Shown here: positions 59,001 through 64,000 of the stretch, one piece after another | How the letters are laid out: each line of letters starts with the position of its first letter | Numbering within the stretch: the stretch's first letter is position 1 | From: Minisyncoccota bacterium | GTDB lineage: Bacteria > Patescibacteriota > Minisyncoccia > Phycocordibacterales > JBAYGS01 | DNA: 64,000 nt | Assembly (NCBI GenBank): GCA_041666545.1 | Contig: JBAYGS010000003.1 | Span: 41,086 to 105,085, forward strand | Direction: 5' to 3' | Notes under the pieces: model-generated | What the model was told of the DNA's origin: nothing | The model's database searches: none | The model's input: only the letters and a program-made list of their open reading frames with translations | Position numbers and translations under genes: made by a program

Positions 59001-59237
59001 TGGCGGAGGGAGTGAGACCACGAGTACGTTTTTTGAAACTTACAGTTTCAGGCAGCTTTTCCGAAAACTGCACTTGGATTTTAATAGTCGCTTTGCTTCT
59101 TTAAGATCTCGGCGTACCCCGATTGGTTCGCGAAGCGCTCGGCTCAATCGGGCTTCGAATCTCACACGCAGTGCTCCCCAGCACTGCTCTCCTCCGCTTA
59201 ACAAAAAATGGCACTTGCGTGCACATTTTTGTAAAAG
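59001..59237 (-). ncRNA. tRNA-trailer element family A, Ser copy
   Basis: Same scaffold matched to tRNA-Ser, with extra arms. Confidence 0.7.
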
Positions 59238-59324
59238 CGGAGGAGGTGAGATTCGAACTCACGGCCCCCTTACGAGGGCTCCGGTTTTCAAGACCGGTGC
59301 ATTCGACCACTCTGCCACTCCTCC
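59238..59324 (-). tRNA. tRNA-Ser(TGA)
   Basis: Anticodon arm CCGGT-CTTGAAA-ACCGG, long variable arm, G discriminator. Confidence 0.95.
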
Positions 59325-59406
59325 CGGAAGAACTAGGCCATAATAGCAAAAAAGGTTGGTTTTGCAATTTAATGCCAGCGCGACCAGTTTAGTGTAATAT
59401 ACAAAG

Positions 59407-59808
59407 ATGCGTTTTTTGGGGATTGATTATGGTGAAAAGCGGGTAGGGCTGGCGATTTCCGACGAGAGTGGAAAAATGGCTTTTCCTGACCAAACTTTAC
59501 CAAATAATAAGAATTTAATTGGTGAAATCGCCTCTATCTGTGAGAAGAAGGAGATTGAGAGGGTTATAATTGGTGAGTCGCGAGATTATTCCGGTAAACC
59601 AAACGCCATAATGAAAGAGGCCGAAGAGTTTAGTGTGTCTTTGGCTAAAGCGACCGGTCTTAATGTCATCAATGAGCCAGAATTTCTGACCTCGCACCAA
59701 GCTTCTAAGATTCAAGGCGGGAGTAATCAGATTGACGCGTCAGCAGCAACAATTATCTTGCAATCACATCTTGATAAATTAAATTTGAAAAATCAAAATG
59801 GAAAATGA
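59407..59808 (+). CDS. yqgF: YqgF/RuvX family nuclease
   Basis: LGIDYGEKRVGLAISD, E.LTS, IDA.AA..ILQ. Confidence 0.93.
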   Translation: MRFLGIDYGEKRVGLAISDESGKMAFPDQTLPNNKNLIGEIASICEKKEIERVIIGESRDYSGKPNAIMKEAEEFSVSLAKATGLNVINEPEFLTSHQASKIQGGSNQIDASAATIILQSHLDKLNLKNQNGK

Positions 59809-60226
59809 CAATTTAAAATTAAAAAAGGAAGAAATCTTAGCAGAAAAGATCGGGTATGACGATTTTGTGAAAGTTGAAATGAAAGCCGGGCAAATTTTGA
59901 GCGCGGAAAAAGTTCCTGAAACCGATAAGCTGGTAAAGTTATCGGTGGATTTTGGCTCCTTCAAAACCGAAGTTAAAAAAGAAGATGGCACGGTGGAAAT
60001 TCAGGAGGCTAAAGATGTCAGGCAGATTATTTCAGGAATCTCGCTCTATTTTCCGGACGCTTCGGTTTTGGTGGGGAAGAAGTGCATGTTTGTCACCAAC
60101 CTAGAGCCGCGAAAAATCAAAGGTCTGGAGAGTAATGGGATGATTTTGGCTTTGTCGACTGAAGATGGCAAGTTTTCTTTGCTTGAACCATCGGCCGAGA
60201 TACCTATAGGGACAAAAGCGAAGTAA
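59798..60226 (+). CDS. Stand-alone tRNA-binding OB-fold protein (MetRS C-terminal/Trbp111-like)
   Basis: YDDFVKVE, TDKL, RQIISGI, NLEPRKI.GLESNGMIL. Confidence 0.88.
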   Translation: MENDNLKLKKEEILAEKIGYDDFVKVEMKAGQILSAEKVPETDKLVKLSVDFGSFKTEVKKEDGTVEIQEAKDVRQIISGISLYFPDASVLVGKKCMFVTNLEPRKIKGLESNGMILALSTEDGKFSLLEPSAEIPIGTKAK

Positions 60227-60321
60227 AAGCACCAAGCACCGAATAAATTTTTCTTTTTTTGCAGATTGAGATTTATTTGGAACTTGTAATTTGAAATTTG
60301 TTATTTTATCTTTCTTACATT

Positions 60322-60930
60322 ATGTTAGATTATCTCGACCCGCTATTTTTAATCAAAGCTCTCGGACTTATCGGAGTTTTGCTCATAATTTTTGCCGAAT
60401 CGGGGTTATTTTTTGGGTTTTTCTTGCCTGGTGATTCGCTCCTATTCACTGCCGGACTTTTGGCCTCGCAGGGTTATCTGAATATTTATTACCTCTTACC
60501 CGGGGTATTTTTGATGGCAGTTCTGGGAGATACCTTCGGCTACACCTTTGGTCGGAAAATCGGCCCCAAAATTTTTACGCGCGAAGATTCGTTATTTTTT
60601 CACAAAAAACACGTTGAGCGCGCCAAAAACTTCTATGAAAAGTATGGTAACAAAACCATTGTTTTGGCGCGGTTTATTCCGATTGTCAGGACTTTTGCTC
60701 CGATTGTGGCTGGGGTTGGGCAGATGGATTATCGGAAATTTTTGACCTATAATATTTTTGGCGGTCTGGCTTGGACGGTTTTGCTTGCCGGAGGCGGTTA
60801 TTTTCTTGGCGAGATTGTGCCCGGGATTGAAAAGTATGTCACTTTGATTTTGGTTCTGATTATTTTAACCTCATTTTTGCCGGCTATCTCGGAAATCTGG
60901 CAGGTTTGGCGCCAAAAGCACAGCGCTTAG
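60322..60930 (+). CDS. DedA family membrane protein
   Basis: FAESGL..GFFLPGDSLLF, ARFIPIVRTFAP. Confidence 0.95.
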   Translation: MLDYLDPLFLIKALGLIGVLLIIFAESGLFFGFFLPGDSLLFTAGLLASQGYLNIYYLLPGVFLMAVLGDTFGYTFGRKIGPKIFTREDSLFFHKKHVERAKNFYEKYGNKTIVLARFIPIVRTFAPIVAGVGQMDYRKFLTYNIFGGLAWTVLLAGGGYFLGEIVPGIEKYVTLILVLIILTSFLPAISEIWQVWRQKHSA

Positions 60931-60972
60931 TTCTCCTTTGAAGAAAGACAAGTTATAATAGAGGCATATTAT

Positions 60973-62067
60973 ATGGCGTCTTTTGTAAAATCTTTTCTGC
61001 GTTTTTTCCCAACCCCGCAATTTTTGGCAATGCCGGCGGTCGGTCTAGATGTTTCTGATCGGGCAATCCGGTTTGTTGAGTTTGGCCGCCGTTCCGGTCT
61101 GCCGGTCCTGAAAAATTTTGGCGAAATTATTCTCCCAGAGGGATTAGTGGTTGGCGGGGAGATTAAAAAGCCCAAGGAATTATCAGAGATTTTGACACAG
61201 GTCAAAGCGAGAACCGGTCTCAAATTTGCTAGAGTTGCTCTGCCGGAAGAAAAAGCTTATTTATTTAGAACCGTAATTCCCAAAGTCGAAGCCAAAGAGG
61301 TGCGTAGTCTTTTGGAATTCAAGTTGGAAGAAAATGTGCCCTTGTCGCCGGCCGAAGTAATTTTTGATTACGAAATTATTCCAAGTCGCGGGCCTAAATC
61401 TGGAAATGAGCTGGAAATCAGTGTCTCGGCTATCCCTCGCCAGTTTGTTGTGGATTTTTCCAATGTTTTGGGATTGGCGGGGCTGACTCCGATTTCTTTT
61501 GAAGTGGAGGCCAGGGCTTTTGTGCGGACTTTGCTAAAAAAGAATGATTCACGGGCCACGATTATCGTCTTTTTCAAAGAAACCAAAACCGTTTTAGCTG
61601 TGGCTATCGGCAACTTAATCTATTTTACTTCAACCCTAAGTATTAGCGGTGAAATGCTTACTAAAACTCTGGCGAACACTCTTAAAATTGCACCGGAAGT
61701 AGCGCGTCGTTTAAAAGCGGAGAAAGGTTTGGCCGGCTATAAAGAAAATCTTGATGTTTTCGCTTCGCTCACTACTGTTTTGGCGGCTCTCAAGGATGAG
61801 ATTAGTCGGATTATGATTTATTGGAATTCACACGAGAAAATTCATAACCGTGTCGAGCAGGATATCAGTCGAGTGGTATTTTGTGGCCAGGATTCGGCCA
61901 TTCCTGGTTTTGATGTCTACATGCGCGCCGCGCTTGGGGTTGAGGTGGCGGTCGGTAATGTTTGGCTCAACGCTTTTGATTTCGATGATTGTATTCCGGA
62001 TATTAGCCAGAGCGAATCGCTCAATTATGCGACCGCTATCGGGCTGGCTTTACCGAAAGAGTTATAG
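60973..62067 (+). CDS. pilM: Type IV pilus assembly protein PilM
   Basis: VGLDVSD, actin-like fold, AIGLAL. Confidence 0.88.
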   Translation: MASFVKSFLRFFPTPQFLAMPAVGLDVSDRAIRFVEFGRRSGLPVLKNFGEIILPEGLVVGGEIKKPKELSEILTQVKARTGLKFARVALPEEKAYLFRTVIPKVEAKEVRSLLEFKLEENVPLSPAEVIFDYEIIPSRGPKSGNELEISVSAIPRQFVVDFSNVLGLAGLTPISFEVEARAFVRTLLKKNDSRATIIVFFKETKTVLAVAIGNLIYFTSTLSISGEMLTKTLANTLKIAPEVARRLKAEKGLAGYKENLDVFASLTTVLAALKDEISRIMIYWNSHEKIHNRVEQDISRVVFCGQDSAIPGFDVYMRAALGVEVAVGNVWLNAFDFDDCIPDISQSESLNYATAIGLALPKEL

Positions 62068-62082
62068 CTGAAATTTAAAAAT

Positions 62083-62625
62083 ATGTTCAAGCTTTTACCA
62101 GAAGAACAGGCGAAAATTATTAAGAGGGAGTACTATTTTCGGATTACCACCACTTCCTTGTTTTTGCTTTTCTTGGCGACCTTACTGGCCTTAGCTTTTC
62201 TTTATCCGATTGACATTCTTTCTTCGTACAAAGTGAATAGTGCTCAGGCGACTTTGAAATCGGAACATGCCGATGAAATCTCAAGCGGAACAAGCAGTTT
62301 GGGTCCAGTTTTGGCAAGAGCGAAAACTGAGCTAGATTTGCTTGGTCAGTTCCGGTCGCCAGTCTCTTGGTATATGCTTCTGGGACGATTGATAAATGTC
62401 AAACCAAAAGGGGTAGTTATCAATTCCTTGAATTTAGGGAAAGGTGCTAAGGACAATGAGTTGTCTATTGGATTTGGCGGGGTAGCGGATGATCGCTTTA
62501 CTCTGCTCGAGCTTGCCAAAAATCTTGAAAAACAAAGTATATTTTCCAAGGTCGTTCTGCCGGTTTCAGAATTGGCCAAAAATAAAGATCTCAACTTTTC
62601 GCTTAGCACGACCGCAACTTTTTAA
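62083..62625 (+). CDS. PilN-like protein
   Basis: N-terminal KLLP, TM segment, follows pilM. Confidence 0.7.
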   Translation: MFKLLPEEQAKIIKREYYFRITTTSLFLLFLATLLALAFLYPIDILSSYKVNSAQATLKSEHADEISSGTSSLGPVLARAKTELDLLGQFRSPVSWYMLLGRLINVKPKGVVINSLNLGKGAKDNELSIGFGGVADDRFTLLELAKNLEKQSIFSKVVLPVSELAKNKDLNFSLSTTATF

Positions 62626-62628
62626 AAT

Positions 62629-63174
62629 ATGAAACCGAAAAATACTACAACTAAAACTCTTCTGGCGCTCGCTGTCTGCTTGGCTTTGGGCGGACTCGTT
62701 GGCTACTATTTTTATTTCAATCATATTAAGGGCGACGGGGAAGCTGCTTCGAGCCTGCAAAATGAAATTGATCTCCTGGCGGAAAAAGCGACAAGACTAG
62801 ATTCAATCAAATCAATTTTGGCCGATACTTCTTCTGATCGGGCCAAATTGGCGAAGGCGGTGGTGGCAGCCGATGGGGTGGCCAATTTTGCGAGCGAGCT
62901 GGAGGCGTTGGGGGTAAGCCTTGGCACGACGGTGGCAATCGGCTCGCTTGATGTGAAGAGTCTGTCCGGTTTAGGCTCTGATACTTTGGAAATTTTGGCA
63001 GTCCGGCTTTCGGCTAGCGGTTCTTGGCGACAAGTTACAAGATTGTTTAGTGCTTTGGAGAACTTACCTTATGGCCTGCGTTTCGAGCAGGTCTCTCTCA
63101 ATAAATCAGTCGACTCCAAAACTGGCGTCAGTTGGCAGGTGGCCTTTTCACTGGAAGTCCTAAAAAGAAAATAA
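62629..63174 (+). CDS. PilO-like protein
   Basis: TM, coiled coil, GSW......F..LENLP. Confidence 0.7.
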   Translation: MKPKNTTTKTLLALAVCLALGGLVGYYFYFNHIKGDGEAASSLQNEIDLLAEKATRLDSIKSILADTSSDRAKLAKAVVAADGVANFASELEALGVSLGTTVAIGSLDVKSLSGLGSDTLEILAVRLSASGSWRQVTRLFSALENLPYGLRFEQVSLNKSVDSKTGVSWQVAFSLEVLKRK

Positions 63175-63179
63175 ATTCT

Positions 63180-63524
63180 ATGGATCTAAAAAATATTAAT
63201 CAATTGGTCAAGGCGGTAGGGGCAGATTCCAAAGGGGTTGGAGCCTGGTTTGTCCAAGCCAAACGCGACCCGAACCGTGCCTGGGAAATAATTTTCGGTA
63301 GCTTTCTGGTGGTGGCTTTATTACTCTTGGCTTTTTCCGGCTATTTATTTGTAAAGATTAATCGTGGAGAAATTTTTACTGTCAGTAAACCGGCCACCGA
63401 AAATCTGGGAACGATCGACCGCGAGAAAGTAAAGCAGGCTCTAGACGCAATGGACCGCAAGGCCTTGAAACTTAAGGAAATCAAAAATGGCGGCACAATT
63501 TATGTTGACCCCTCCTTGCAGTGA
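63180..63524 (+). CDS. Pilus-operon hypothetical membrane protein (PilP position)
   Basis: Single TM, C-terminal DPS; synteny. Confidence 0.55.
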   Translation: MDLKNINQLVKAVGADSKGVGAWFVQAKRDPNRAWEIIFGSFLVVALLLLAFSGYLFVKINRGEIFTVSKPATENLGTIDREKVKQALDAMDRKALKLKEIKNGGTIYVDPSLQ

Positions 63525-63578
63525 AAGATTTGAATCGATAGATTAAAAATCAATCCTTTGCTATATTTGCAGACGATT

Positions 63579-63650
63579 GCCCCTGTAGTTTAATGGATAG
63601 AACTGTGGACTTCTAAGCCACTAATGGGTGTTCGATTCACCCCGGGGGCA
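63579..63650 (+). tRNA. tRNA-Arg(TCT)
   Basis: GCCCCTG acceptor, loop CTTCTAA, T-arm GGGTG-TTCGATT-CACCC. Confidence 0.9.
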
Positions 63651-63676
63651 CAGAATTAGCTGTATATAAATTAAGT

Positions 63677-64000
63677 ATGTTTACAGGTCGTGTTGGTCAA
63701 AATGAAAATGTCCCGACTCCGGAAAAACCACCTTTTTTGTATCATGGTTCTGCACATAAGCATATTGAGGAATTAGAGCCAAGAAATGAAAGTGTAAGAG
63801 ATCCGGGAGAAGGTCCTGTTGTTTTTGCTACCCAAGAATTAGCACTAGCGACCATTTTTATGGCCGCGGGTGTTGTGGAAAGTGGTAAGTCTGGTGATGT
63901 ACCCTACGCGGTTATTGTTGGCACCAAAGAAATATTTAAACGAGATGATAATGGTGGCCATGTTTACATTCTGCCGAGTGCCAGTTTCGAAAAGGACCCC
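63677..64000 (+). CDS. Partial ORF with possible ADP-ribosyltransferase-like fold
   Basis: Open to the window end: ..PFLYHGS..IEELEPR..GPVVFAT..GHVYILP. Confidence 0.5.
   Translation, partial: MFTGRVGQNENVPTPEKPPFLYHGSAHKHIEELEPRNESVRDPGEGPVVFATQELALATIFMAAGVVESGKSGDVPYAVIVGTKEIFKRDDNGGHVYILPSASFEKDP

Noticed and set aside
50837-59237. tRNA 3' duplications as attL/attR of prophages or ICEs
   Set aside because: Duplicates lie only 150-240 bp from each tRNA with no integrase or cargo.
58916-59392. ORFs spanning tRNA-Ser and its trailer
   Set aside because: They overlap a clear tRNA and have no protein motifs.
1-64000. Alternative genetic code (UGA = Gly)
   Set aside because: TGA ends conserved genes at expected lengths (dnaA, rsmA, ruvB).

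Overview
Core-chromosome window spanning the replication origin of a small-genome bacterium. Gene content and order fit Patescibacteria/CPR, Parcubacteria-like (inference): jag-yidC-rnpA-rpmH | dnaA-dnaN, a PrgI/VirB4/VirB6/pilin T4SS-like cluster, type IV pilus genes, a short polA and tRNA-Arg(GCG). Housekeeping genes are interleaved with single ORFan cassettes that carry their own promoter, SD and terminator. Five tRNA genes are present. The main unexplained signals are: (1) two families of structured non-coding elements appended to tRNA 3' ends, each copy carrying a hairpin-split reverse complement of its own host tRNA's T-arm and acceptor in a shared covarying scaffold; (2) four-helix-bundle (TIGR02436-like) genes bracketed by 7-bp-period repeats whose units recur across the window, including in-frame inside rsmA, tsaE, polA and mutM; (3) a probable remote DGR target gene; (4) an uncalled hyper-acidic microprotein within a second DnaA-box cluster; (5) candidate ncRNAs and structured leaders. 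All calls were made by eye from motifs; no database search was run.
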